The translations under genes were made by a program, and so were the position numbers. Below the pieces are notes generated by a model. That model saw only the letters and a program-made list of their open reading frames with translations, had not been told where the DNA came from and made no database searches. A stretch of DNA of 54,004 nt, taken from positions 68,354,785 to 68,408,788 of the forward strand of contig NC_068990.1 in NCBI RefSeq assembly GCF_001194135.2, in the 5' to 3' direction. Origin of the DNA: Octopus bimaculoides. Lineage: Eukaryota. Shown here one piece after another: positions 11,120-23,157 of this stretch. How positions within the stretch are numbered: position 1 is the first letter of the stretch; every line of letters begins with the position of its first letter.

Positions 11120-12420
11120 ATTATGGAAAGTTTGTCGGTTGGTTTGCTGGAGTTGCAAAAACAGCAACAGCAGATACAACTGCAAGAGTAAGAACAGATG
11201 CAACAACAGCAACAACAAATAATATTGCAGTAAGAAATGCTGCAATTACTAAGGTCGTCAGGAAATCCAGAAAAAATTGTCCTCGCCAGACTATGTTGCG
11301 AACTCGATAACAGAGTTCAAATACGAACTAGACGAAAGAGTTACCTTCGAGGCATACAACAAAAGATATGAGCAAATCTTCCATGAAGAATGTAAAGATT
11401 GAGACGCCGAGATGAAAACCGCGCTAAGTCATAAAAAAACTGGCGACAGAAGAACATGGGTTTTACAGCAAATATGTACTGCCGAGAAAACCTTGTCATA
11501 AACTATAATGACACAATAGATATAGTATAAAATTTTCAGTGAAAAAAGCTCGTTGTTCAACACACGTTCGAAGTGTCTGAACATATCGAAAAAGAACGAC
11601 GAGGACTAAATCACAAATGCTTGTAGAGTAAATAAGGAATGCGAGAAGTTTAAGCCGGTCGAATTAACGTCAGATACTTTCAAATGCCTGATTTTTACAC
11701 AGGGACTTACTGCCGAAAAGGACGCAGAAATTAGAGCTAGAATTCTCGTAAAGCTGGAACAAAACCAGGATGTAACCATACTGCAAGAGTCAGAAGAATC
11801 TGAAAAGATAGTTAAATTAAGACAGAATACCGAGGAAATTGTTGGTAAAGATCATTTCCAAATAAAGCAAGTGCGAAATAATCAGAATAGGGATAAAGTG
11901 GTTTCTATAAAACACGACAAAAATCAGGAAATAAACCCATGTTTTGCATGTGGAGGTATACACCTGAGTAAAAATTGTCCATTTAAAAAAGCTGAGTGCT
12001 TTCGTTGTGGAAATTAGAGAAATATAAAGACGCACTGTAGAACAAAGATAACAAAACGTCAGAACAAAGGAAAAAGAAAAAATCATATGTCATCCGAAAA
12101 AAATGGTAATGTAACAATGACGAAATTCGTGAAGGTGAAAATCAGAAATACAAGTGTTAAAATGGAGTTCGACACTGGTAGTGATACCACCATTATAAAC
12201 GAAAAACGTGGAAATATGTCGATAAGCCGAAATTAATTAAATCGAAAAGGGTAGCACATGGTGTTACTGGAAAAAGATTATAGTTTTCGGTGAATTCATA
12301 TGCAATATAAGATTTCGATGTCAAACGAAAAATGCAAAGATATGTCTCAAAAGATTCACTTAATCTATTTGGCACAGAGTAGATGGAACTATTCAAACTG
12401 TGGGATACGCCCATAACTGT
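11120..12420 (+). pseudogene. Gypsy gag (Gln-rich start, two CCHC-like knuckles) and aspartic protease, with stops
   Basis: DYVANSITEFKY, FSEKSSLFNTRSKCL, FKCLIFTQGL..KDAEIRARIL, CFACGGIHLSKNCPFKKAECFRCG, VKMEFDTGSDTTII (DTGS 12171-12182). Confidence 0.85.
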
Positions 12421-12559
12421 TCTGTGTGGAAATATTGTCGGTTCAGTCAAAGGTTCGAATGCTGCCGAGGGACTGAAACAAAAAAAAAAATGCAGTAAAA
12501 CAGAGTGGAATACCTGTATGTAAGCCAAAACGAAATGAAAAATTGCCCACGATAGAAAA

Positions 12560-13140
12560 TAAACATTGTTCAAAATTAGATGTTCCGTGGTCGAGACTAG
12601 ACATCAATTTCGCTGGTCCTTTAAATAGTTCCTACAACTTAACGGCCTGAAATTTTTAAGTGTAAAAAACCAACCTCCTCAACTGTGATAAATTTTTTAC
12701 ACGAATTGTTTGCGAGATTTGGCATCCCACACAAGATAGTGTCTGACAATGGAACGCAATTTGTGTCTAGCGAATTTAAACAACTTTATGAAACGCTCGC
12801 GATAGAACATATAACTACTGCACCATACCATCCCAAATATAACGGAGAGGTAGAACGCTTTGTCGATACTTTGAAAAAAGCCCTTAGAAAATCGAATGAG
12901 GAAGTCACGGATGAAGTAGCTCTACAACAATTTTAAAGAGTGTACCGTGTGACACGAAATCCGAATACACCAACAGGTAGATCACCAGCGGAGTTGATCT
13001 GTGCAAGGAAAGTAAAATCAGTCTTTGATGAATTGGTACCTGGCAAGAAAAGAAAATGTACCAGAGAAGACATAGCAATATTCTTTAAAGTTGGTGAAAC
13101 GGTGTATAAGAGGGCATACAAGAATGGAAAGCAGAGTTGA
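12560..13140 (+). pseudogene. Gypsy integrase core, disrupted
   Basis: PWSRLDINFAGP, ELFARFGIPHKIVSDNGTQFVSSEF, TTAPYHPKYNGEVERFVDTLK, YRVTRNPNTPTGRSPAEL. Confidence 0.92.
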
Positions 13141-14789
13141 GAAGATAACATAATTACCACATACATAAGTAAAATGATGTATTGGGTAAAAAGTAGAAAA
13201 GGCATACAAAAGAGACACAGGAACCAACTGAAAAAGAGATTCATAGAATGCGAAAGAAGTTGGAGGAACCGATGTGTTTTGCCCTGTGTGGCAAATAAAG
13301 AAAAAAAGAAAAAAAAAGATAGTCGCGTCTTTACAGGTTTTACTAAGTATACTGTATACCGAAGTGGGTATACAGTACAAACCAACACTTGTAAGGATTC
13401 TAACAAAAGTTGAACTGCGTAATATTTTAACTCAAAACGTAAAGACGGAAGAAATGTTGCTAAGCCATGTTATAGCGCGCCGGACAAAATGCTTAGCAAA
13501 ACTTCACGCCTTGTGTGTGTATAGTAGAGTGGATTATTATTATTACCTACTCTTACAACACGTATTCATGCCTGTTTTTAAGATTTAAATTTTTACAGCA
13601 GCCTTTTCAAATCAAAATTGCAGCTGTATGCATTTCTTAGAAAGGGACCTTATTAGAAAAGTTATAAAGAGTTTCCCTATGCTGAAGGTATATTTCCTCT
13701 TCGATATACAAATACCAGTAAAATGTTGACTCAGAATCACCACCACGACGACCACCTCAGAATCACCGCCACCACCACCTAACTTATAATGAGAAGAACA
13801 GGATTTTCTATAATGTCTTTTTTAATACTAAGAATATTAACAAGTCTACACCAATAGACACAGGAGATTACTAACACTGGAGAACAAAATGTGGACCATA
13901 ATATTAATAGTAACAATAGTAGCGACGACAACACATTTGCATGTTTAAGCCAAGTGAAAACAAACTAATTTCTGAAAGTGGTACTTGTACCACCGTTGTT
14001 GCTTGGACGGCGAAACTAGGAGTAACTAAATATATGCAGAAACAATTTGTCAAGCAGAATTATGTGAAAAGAGATTGCCTCTTTGCCTCGAGAATACGTT
14101 AAAAAACTAGCAAGGGGAAAGTTTATACAGTTATGCTTTTATCAAAAAGTACATATCAGATACTTTCAGCTGCCCTCAAAACAGTAGTCAAAAATACTTT
14201 ACTTGAGGTGTATAGAGAACTACTTGTAAGAGAATGAAATTAAGCCTAGCAGACTGTGTGTCTAAATGTTTAGATGGGGGGATAGCAAAACAATGGGCCA
14301 AAATTGTAAGGCCAACACCTGACTCCACGTATTTGGGTTTTATTTCGCAGTACGGATGCGTTGGATTTCTGCTTCATGCAAGGTTAAACATAAGATATGT
14401 TAGTTTTTGACATATTTTTTGTCAACTGAGTGTCTCTGATTATATTCTAGTCAAGATGGCTTCTCGTCGTGAGAACGCTTCCTCAAAACAATGAAAATGA
14501 TAGAAACTATGCAGAGAATAAACAAACAAAAATATTACAAACTTAATTTGACGGCTGGACCTATACACTGTATATGGAAAGAAAAAATATTCCAATATTT
14601 AAAGACATAAATTTGAACATTTAAATGATACTGTTAATAACAACAACAGTAGCAACAGCATTAACGCATGCATATTGTCAAACGAAGAAAACAAGAACCC
14701 TTTTAATGAACGAATGTTATTTTGAGACACAGTCAAGACTGGCGATTCTGTTGCTAGCGTGGCTTGTCTTATTTCTATATCTAACTCTA

Positions 14790-17330
14790 ACATGATTTCA
14801 CTTTTAGCTTATTTGCCTCTTCTTACAATAACTTTGGCACATTTGCCTGATCCCACCCAATTTTTGCATCTTAAATTAACAATTTTCAGTAGGTTTTTCC
14901 ATTTCGATCACAAGTGTTTTTAATAGAGTCAAAAGATTAGAATACAGTCTCCCTGGAAGTTTCACTTTGTTACGGAATTAAGTTTAGCTCTGATTGTTTT
15001 CTCTTTATCCAGCAATGAAGTAGTAGCTCTTTTCGCCATTTTCGTGTGGCACACTTAAACATACTGTATAAATATTCGAGCTGCCTAGTTATATTAAGTG
15101 ATTTTCATATGCAAAAGTGGTCGTTATCAAATGTTTTTCGGGTAATCAATCCATGCCATGTGAGGTTTATTTTTGTCTGATTTTTGCTATTTTCGATAAC
15201 TGACCGCCTCACCACAAATTGCTCTTATTCACTACGATACATTCATATCCAAATCCTTAACCGTCCTTTTATAGAGTACAGATATAAAGGCTTTGAATAT
15301 GCAACCGTCAAGCAAGGTAGAGTCCGTTTGTTTTGATTTTTTTTTCTTTTTGTGAGTTGAGAGGTCCTTTATGCTTTTGTTCTATTATTCTGAGAATACT
15401 TGCTGTCCATGTCTTAGTACCTATTCAAGCATTATTTCGTTTGTTTAATAATTCCTTCAATACTATTCCCACAGATCTATAAATACTGCGTTAGGTATTT
15501 CAAACAAAGATTGGAAACTTTGTCGATCTTATGGACTTTTCGATTACTTGTAACATTTACCGTGTTACTAAATTCATTGTTGGGTTTGTTTGCGCTGCTG
15601 TTGCTGTTTAAACCACTTTCCCGTTCTGCTCCGTAATACTCTCCGAGTGTCCACGATATTTTTGTCACATGCCCACCACCACTAAGAACAGTGTTCAAAC
15701 GATCGTTGATGCTGAAGTATCATCATTTAGTATTACGTTTTTACTTTATTTTTATATTAATGTTTCTATAAAACCTTTTGATATTTGATTCCATTAGTTT
15801 TTTCATCTGGAAGAAGTAACGTCTTATTACATATAGTTTATGCTTTTGCTAATATGAATTTCTTAAGACATTTTTTTTTACTGTCTTCGTGACTTCTTTC
15901 TTTTATAGATATCACATCAGTATCAGTACACCATTATCTTCACATTTCGCTAAGACAGCTCTTTCTGTTATTCCTCAAGTTTATGTAGGATATTTCTTTC
16001 TGCTTTACTCTAGTGGGACTAAGGCCGGTTTCCATCAACACTTCAGCTGCTACAAAATAGATTAGATCATTCAATCTGTCCAAATCAGTTTTGTTTCCGT
16101 GGCCACACTTTCATGCATCGCCATATTTTAATATTTATTCCTTCTTTAATAGAGTTCTGTGTTTGTATGCAGCTCCGACAGAAGTTACCGTTGATCCATC
16201 TTCATCGGCTTATCCTGTTTTCTATTTTTCTTTTTAGGCTCTCTTCAAAGCAAACTCTGGTTGATTTGTGGTGATCTGGTTTTATTCTGTTTATTGTTAA
16301 GCGTAGGGGCGTGAAAATATTGTCTCTGGATGTTTCCATAGGGATTTCTCTGATGTTGCTTTTTATACTTTCCCTATAGCTGTATTTGTTTTACTGTAAG
16401 GCTCCTTTTATTCCGTGTACGATGGATTCTATGGTATTTTCATTGTGTTTTAAGAGCTCGTTTACTGGGTGTGTGATCGTTAATGTTCCGCTGTATTCTT
16501 TCTTATGCGAAGATTTATGTCTTTTGTGTGCAATGGATTCCTTTGTAATATTTCATTGTTTTGTGGGATCTTATTTGTTTTGCATATAACCGATTGTTAT
16601 GTTTTGATGTCGGTGGATATTCTCTCTATTTATTGTTCTAGACCCACAATTTTCATATCTGATATATTTTTTATTGTTTATTATGTATTACGCATTTTGC
16701 TATTGTGCTTATTTTTGCTATAAATTTCTAACTCACGTTTTCTCTCATTAACACGTGTGTCTTTTTTTTTATGATATTCGGGTGTCTTGGATGTAGAATG
16801 GATTAATAATATGCGTGTAACAATTCAATACATTGTTCGTTGGTCGAATGCACATTTTTTTAAAAATTTGTTTTTATTTTTAGTTTGTCGGTGCTCGGTA
16901 CGAAACGAGCCTGGTTTGTTGTAAATTTACCATTTAAGAAGACATCGCTTCTGACACAAACGAAACAATATTTTAATAATACTGATGGTGCAAAATTCCA
17001 TACAACCTAGCCCGATAGATATTGATCGATTAATTTTCGATTTATTAATGGACGTACAAAATCTGTGTTGAGCTAATTATAAGTTGATTCCCTTTTCGCA
17101 TCCTTGGTTTACTCTCCCTTAATTTCTCATATACTGTACAATATTTAAACAATATGCCATTAAACAATAACCACACATAAGGAATAAAATAAGCACCATC
17201 TTTATTTTATAGAAATCCGAGTAGCGGTATCTTATTAGCTTGTTATTACGTTTCTTTCTTTCTATGTAAATTTTGGTCTTGGATATATTTGGTTTCGTTG
17301 TATTCATTTACGTTTTCTTTTTATGCTCAG
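14790..17330 (-). mobile_element. Heavily decayed R4/Dong-like non-LTR retrotransposon (N-terminal region through RT)
   Basis: Minus-strand motifs in the expected order: TDLDRLNDLIYFVAAEVL (about 16040-16090), HMAWIDY (15142-15162), FQGD (14947-14958), KCAKVIVRRGK (14811-14843). No YMDD-like motif found. The 5' boundary is approximate. Confidence 0.65.
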
Positions 17331-17354
17331 CTATGTTTCCACTTCCATGTTGTT

Positions 17355-17525
17355 CAACATTTCTTCAGGCTATTTACGCTCTAAGTTCAAGTCCCGTCGG
17401 CGTCAATTTGCCTTTCCTCCTTCCAAGGTCGATACATTAAAGTACCAGCCAAGTCCTGGATCTGAAATAATTGACTTGCCTCTCCTGAAAATCGTTGGCC
17501 GTGTGCCCGTGCCAAGATTAGAAAG

Positions 17526-17613
<88 letters not shown>

Positions 17614-17614
17614 A

Positions 17615-17652
<38 letters not shown>
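17355..17652 (+). mobile_element. Degenerate SINE A with (ATT)n then (AGT)n tail
   Basis: AAGTTCAAGTCCC, GGTCGATACATTAAAGTACCAG, followed by about 125 bp of trinucleotide repeat. Confidence 0.8.
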
Positions 17653-17664
17653 ATGAAGATGATA

Positions 17665-17877
17665 AGGCGGTGAGCTGGCTGAATCGTTAGCACGCCGAAC
17701 AAAATTCTTAGCGGCATTTCGACTATCTTTACATTCTGAGTTCATATTCCGCCAAGGTTGACTTTGCTTTTAATCTTTTGGTTTCGACCAATTGAGGACT
17801 AGAGTCCATATAATCGACTAGACTCCTCCCCTACAAAATTTATGGTCTTGTGTCTTTAGTAGAAGTAGAAAGGATTT
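17665..17877 (+). mobile_element. SINE A, full head, core partly deleted
   Basis: GGCGGTGAGCTGGCTGAATCGTTAGCACGCCG...GAGTTCATATTCCGCC. Confidence 0.88.
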
Positions 17878-18120
17878 ATGAAGATGATCATGTCTTTCAT
17901 TGGCCATAAGGGCTCAAGACCTTGAGAACAATATCAAAGGACAGCATTCAATAAACAAATTGGGATTTACATTGATCAATAGGTAATCAACAACGAAAGA
18001 ACAAGATAGAAATCAGAAAAAAATAAAGTAAATAGAACTCCCAATAGCGAGTCGGTCAATTAGGGTAAAAAAAAAACATATAAAAAAGGCTAGCTTACTT
18101 TGCAGTCTCCAATAATAACA

Positions 18121-18247
18121 ATTATTTCAAATTTGGCTCATGGCCAGCACTTGAGGGAAGAGGAAGTTGATTACATAGACCCCCGGTACGCAACTGATGC
18201 TCATTTTATCGACCTCTAAAGGATGGATAGCAAAGTTGACCTCGGTG
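18121..18247 (-). mobile_element. SINE A 3' half
   Basis: TTTCAAATTTGG..GGCCAGCA..GTTGATTACATAGACCCC..CAACTG..TTTTATCGACC..AAAGTTGACCTCGG. Confidence 0.85.
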
Positions 18248-18248
18248 A

Positions 18249-18461
18249 CGAGCAAGCAGAATCGCTACCACATCGGACAAAATGCTTAGAGGCATTTCTT
18301 CCAACTCTTTACATTCAAATTTCGAGTTCAAATCCTGCCGAGGTCGACTTTGCTTTTCATTCGTTCGGGGTCGATAAAAGTACCAGTTGAGCACTGAGAT
18401 CGATGTAATCGATTTATCCTCTGAATGGCCTTGTACCAAAATTTAAGATTATTATTATTAA

Positions 18462-18495
<34 letters not shown>

Positions 18496-18496
18496 T
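18249..18496 (+). mobile_element. SINE A, full length, with (ATT)n tail
   Basis: CAGAATCGCTA..GGACAAAATGCTTAG..GAGTTCAAATCCTGCCGAGGTCGACTTTGC..GGGGTCGATAAAAGTACCAGTTGAGCAC. Confidence 0.9.
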
Positions 18497-19330
18497 AGCT
18501 CAAATCTGATCAAACAGATTCATAACCAAGGCCTTTCTCGACGTGACATTCCCATTATTTTAGTCTTATGTTCAGTCGTATATGATCTACTATTATATAC
18601 TTTTCTTCTTATGAGGATGGGAATATGAATTGAGCTACATTTGGCTGTTATTTCTAGTAGACCAGGTACAGCCTCCCATGTCGGATTGCTTTATTGTTAT
18701 ATTGTAGTTTTATGGTTATATGTTGTTATTGTTTTTCTTATTTGTTTCTTCTTTTGGTTTATTACCATTTTTCTCCGTCAGAGTGTCCGTGAGTCTCTCT
18801 GTCTCTGATATATTATATTCCTTTAAATTCTATTCTGTAATTAATACTTCTGAGAAGACATCAGACGAAATGGCTTCAACTAAAAAATGTCATATTAGGT
18901 ATAAGTATGTATAATCCTATTGTTTTCTTTCAGGTTTTTTTCTTTTATTTTTTCTTCTATAAGTTATCCATAACAGCTGGTGTCTGGCTGGTTCCGACTT
19001 ATATATGTTTTACTTTACATATTTTTATGTCTATGAACGAACGAATTCACACGCTGTCAACGCTTGCAAAAAGAACGACAAGGTTATTATTGCCTACGTT
19101 GTCTAAAACAATATATAAGTTTAAACAGATGTAGGTATTTGGATTATATTTCGTTTGGTTTGACTGTTTTACATGACATCTAATATAAAGTGCTGGACTC
19201 TGAATGATTACTTGAGTGGTTTGTAAAGAACAATAAAAACTAAAAGTAAGACAAAGCAAGGAAAGTAGCGAAGGAAGTGAAGGTGTGAGGCGGGGGTAAA
19301 CAGCATCACTTGACGTGCTTTGCAGTTATT

Positions 19331-19375
<45 letters not shown>

Positions 19376-20363
19376 AACGTATATACTCACGTACACAAAC
19401 ACATATAAATGCGTATACACACATAAGGCAAGACGTACAGATTCGTTAATGCACTAACTCCAAATATTTGCTTGCACACATACACAAACACACATGCACA
19501 CACGTTTATGTACAAATGCCCCGATGTTGTTGATATTCCAATGAAGGAGTTTTGATCTAGGTTAGAAACCGACTCTGTTCAAATTGGCAAGAAATCTAGA
19601 AACAAAACTAAGTTATAACATACATTGGTACATACCTATGTGCGTGTGCATTTATGTATGTATGTATGTATGTATGTACGTATGCATGTATGTTTGTGTG
19701 AGTGCGTGTATACACGTACTCATAAATGCCAATTGTCAAGTTAAAGACGTTTTTAAGTCTATGGAAATAAACCAATAATATACAGAAAGATGAAAACTAA
19801 AGCTTTATTAGTCAAACATATTTAAGAGAAAATGGTTTGCATAATGACAATTTACTTTCATAAATAATAACGGAATTTCGGAGAATAAAGTGGTCACTAA
19901 TAAAGCTGTGGTTTGTATGAGAAATTCAAAGAAAACGGTTTCAATAAGGTCTCTTCAATAGATACCGAATTCAGAGATAGGGTGATTAGAACTATATCGG
20001 CAGAAAAGTTAATTTAAGAGAAAATAATTCAAATAATGAATGATAATAGTAATGATTCCTTAAGCTATTACGGAATTTTGGACAGTCCTTATGAGAATGA
20101 TTTAAATTAATTTGAATCCTGATACGAACTAATGACCTGATAATTGAGTTCTGTCGAATAGGTTGTCAAAGTGGTAATTTGCTCAATAAAAAATTGTTCC
20201 CGCCGTTCATAGGTACAATATTTATAGAAAAGGGGTTATGAGAGGACAAATGTGCATTGTTATAGAAAGAGTATAAGAGGAATTGTCAAGTAATAATCAA
20301 ACATGATTTACTTGAGAACAATATTAACGGTTCCTAACATCGATATTTGCCATTTTCTGTTCG

Positions 20364-20600
20364 GCTTTTGTGCCTGTCCTCACTTATGGTCATGAATGCT
20401 GGGCAATGACTAAAAGAGTACAATTGGGAAAATAAGCAACCGAAATGAAGTTCGTTGAAGGATCTCTGGAGTAACGTTACTCGACACGGTTCGTAACTAG
20501 GGTGTCTCTTCAAGTAGAACCTCTACTTCTCTGCACTGAGTGATCACAGTTCCGGCATTACGGACATTTGGTTAGAATATCGGAGAAAATGATCGCATAA
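20364..20600 (+). mobile_element. RTE-clade LINE fragment (Expander/Rex3-like C-terminus)
   Basis: FVPVLTYGHECWAMTKRV..ATEMKF..GVTLLDTVRN..SLQVEPLLLCTE*SQFRHYGHLVRI. Confidence 0.8.
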
Positions 20601-21441
20601 TAGTATTCTACTTAATGCTCTACTTATTCCATCTAAGCTTCGAAGAAATATTGCCCCACCTAGTTTACAATACTCGTGATGCATTAAGCATGACACGTAT
20701 ATGGATATTTCAAATTAATACTGCTGCAGTTCCGTATGCCGGTGGCTTTTCCACAATATCAATACATGATTTATTCATTGTTTCTAAAATCTGAAGCGAC
20801 AAATCTCGTCTAAGCATACGGCTAGCTGCGAGTATACGTAGCTAACTATGTCTACAAAGGCCAAACTGCTTCTGTCGCTATCGCTAGCAGCTGTAGAAAC
20901 GCTCTCTTGTTTACCTCCGATAGTTATTGTTATTTTTTTATAACTCGCACGTCTTAAACCGATTTCATCTTTGATAAAAACTGTTGTAACATGTCTGTCA
21001 GTGGTTTATATACATTTAGTATGTTAGGTGTCTTATTTAATATTCATTGATTTCACTAAGTCTGATAATATAATCTATTATGGTTCTTCGATCCTAATAA
21101 CCATTTTAGTTGGAAGTTTTCATATTGTTCGGAGCGATATACTAAAAACAAGCATTCGGACTGAGATCTTAGTTCGCCAAAAGTTGACCTAGAGCTGGGA
21201 ACAAAACAGATGTATGTTTCTGTGCAATAAAATAAACTAGCTTCGTTCTGGACAATTCGAAAAATTTGAAATGTTTGATAAGACAAAGAAATTTAAAATT
21301 TAGTTTTATAAAGAATGTTTTTGTTGTTGTGACAGATGTCAAAAATGTTCACCGTTTTAGAAATTTTAGCATTATTACTGAAAAGAAAAGTAAGTTCTAT
21401 TTTCAAAATTGTTCACCAATGCTGGTATGTTTTCACTTCAT

Positions 21442-21517
<76 letters not shown>

Positions 21518-21786
21518 ACGCACGCACGCACACTCTCTCTCTTTCACACATACACCATAAAGATGAAGCAGCGGATTATTGAATGCTTTCATGTTTGCTT
21601 TTGCTTTTACTTAAATCTTGAAGGAAATTACTCGGAATGGTAGGACATGGTTGTATAAATTGAAATGAAAGATGCCCGAACAAAACATAGAACAACAAAC
21701 CTGAAAAATAGTGTTTCGTCTTTTGTAATCTTTGACCAGAACGTGTGTCAGAATATGAAATAAATTTCTTTGGAATAATCAAATTC

Positions 21787-21828
21787 GTACTCACCTAAAA
21801 TGAAACAGAAAAAATGAAATGCGTCAAT
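21787..21828 (-). promoter_or_regulatory. Candidate recursive splice site (branch point, polypyrimidine tract, AG|GTGAGT)
   Basis: Minus strand reads CATTGACGCATTTCATTTTTTCTGTTTCATTTTAG|GTGAGTAC, junction 21795/21794. Motif evidence only. Confidence 0.35.
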
Positions 21829-22354
21829 GAAAAATAAAAACTTATTCATCTTAATATAATGAAATTACATTAGTTATGAAGTTAATATAAAGAAAATATA
21901 TTATCAATATTATTATATATCAACTTGATTATAAAGTAAATGATGTCTAGGACAGGCACAAAGGGAATATTAATTAGTGTTTTGAAGTTTGTAACTTTTC
22001 CATAAGTTAAACACCATCAAGCGGAAATTGAACCTGGGTCACGGACTCGGCACGTTGTGAGCGCTTTAATTGATTTCTTTTGACTAGGTACAACGTTAAT
22101 TAGGGTTGGAGAAAAGATGATTGATTTTACTTGTTTATTACGAACAGTAATTATATTTTATTGATATTCTTGAGAACGAAAGGTGACATTTGTCTTGGCG
22201 CGATTTCAGTGAAATTTGCCAATAGTGGAAAATTGTTAGTTTCTATCTGGCTCAGTAGAACTCAGTGTAACTCAGTGTAAATCAGTAATTGATGCAGCAA
22301 TTTATTTATGAAACATTCAGCATCTTCTTCAAAAAATATTGGTTCAAACACAAC

Positions 22355-22548
22355 TGTTTTGCGGTGAGGCTGGACGATAGTCGTTGTCATCGACTCCAGC
22401 ACTTGACTGGTATCTTATATTATCGATCACAAGGCGATAGAAGACAAAGTTGGGATTTTAACCAGATGAAATTTGACCTTAGAACAAAAGGAGCAGGAAT
22501 AAATACCGCAAAGCCTTTTTTGTGACTCTTTAACGAGTCTGTCAATCC
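22355..22548 (-). mobile_element. Degenerate SINE A
   Basis: GTCG..GTCATCGACTCCAGCACTTGACTGGTATCTTATATTATCGA..AAAGTTG..GAAATTTGACCTTAGAAC..TAACGAGTCTG. Confidence 0.75.
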
Positions 22549-22939
22549 TGTACCCTTTGTTTCAGAAATATTGTTCAATACTCAATGCAACGTTTATGGC
22601 AGGGAATTAAATTCCACTTGAATGACGTACCCAATACCTTGTCAATTTGATATTTGTGTCATGATTGGTCACCCTGTTCAACACAGGTACCGATTACCTG
22701 GCGTACCTTTAGAAAAGTCCACTCATGTTTGACTAGATGCAAACATTCAGACCATATTTTCTAAGAACACCGTTCTCTCACCCTCCATCTCTCTCGCCCT
22801 CTCAGAGAATTTACTATGGAGTCATGCCCGCTGCCTTGTACTCTGATTAAAAGAAAAATAGACAAAAAAAAATTTAATCGAGAAGACAAATGTGTTAGGA
22901 TATAAATAGAATAGAATGTAATATTTTCTGTTATTATTT

Positions 22940-23115
22940 TGTGTCAGTCATTGAGCTGCGGCCATGCTGCTGCACCTCTCTAGGGTGTTTAAACGAGCAA
23001 GTTGAATCTTGTTCGTAATTAAAGTTTGGCACTTATTCTATCATTCTCTGTTTTGCCGTACTGCTAAAGTACAGGGTCATTAACTAACAAACAGTAATTG
23101 CCAAATGATCTCTCT

Positions 23116-23157
<42 letters not shown>

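Larger units (their letters stand above)
10808..13405 (+). mobile_element. Ty3/Gypsy LTR retrotransposon (Mag-like), internally deleted, 5-bp TSD AAAGT
   Basis: 5' LTR about 10808-10994 (TCTTGTAC..TAACA), PBS-like GTGGCGACGAG at 10995, gag, protease, integrase, purine-rich tract about 13250-13272, 3' LTR 13273-13405 (TG..TAACA). AAAGT lies at 10803-10807 and 13406-13410. Confidence 0.9.
10695..13465 (-). mobile_element. SINE A split by the Gypsy insertion (3' part 10695-10807, 5' part 13406-13465)
   Basis: ...TTTTATCGACCCTGAAAAGATGAAAGATAAAGT resumes after the element as AAAGTTGAAC..TTTTAACTCAAAACGTAAAGACGG..AAATGTTGCTAAGC, colinear with the consensus. Confidence 0.8.

Noticed and set aside
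13730-13780. 26-bp tandem duplication CTCAGAATCACC(A/G)CCAC..
   Set aside because: Ordinary slippage next to a (CAC)n tract, with no wider pattern.
22015-22075. tRNA-like segment (minus strand, GGTTCAATTTCC)
   Set aside because: Only a B-box-like remnant with no cloverleaf; at most a decayed SINE head.
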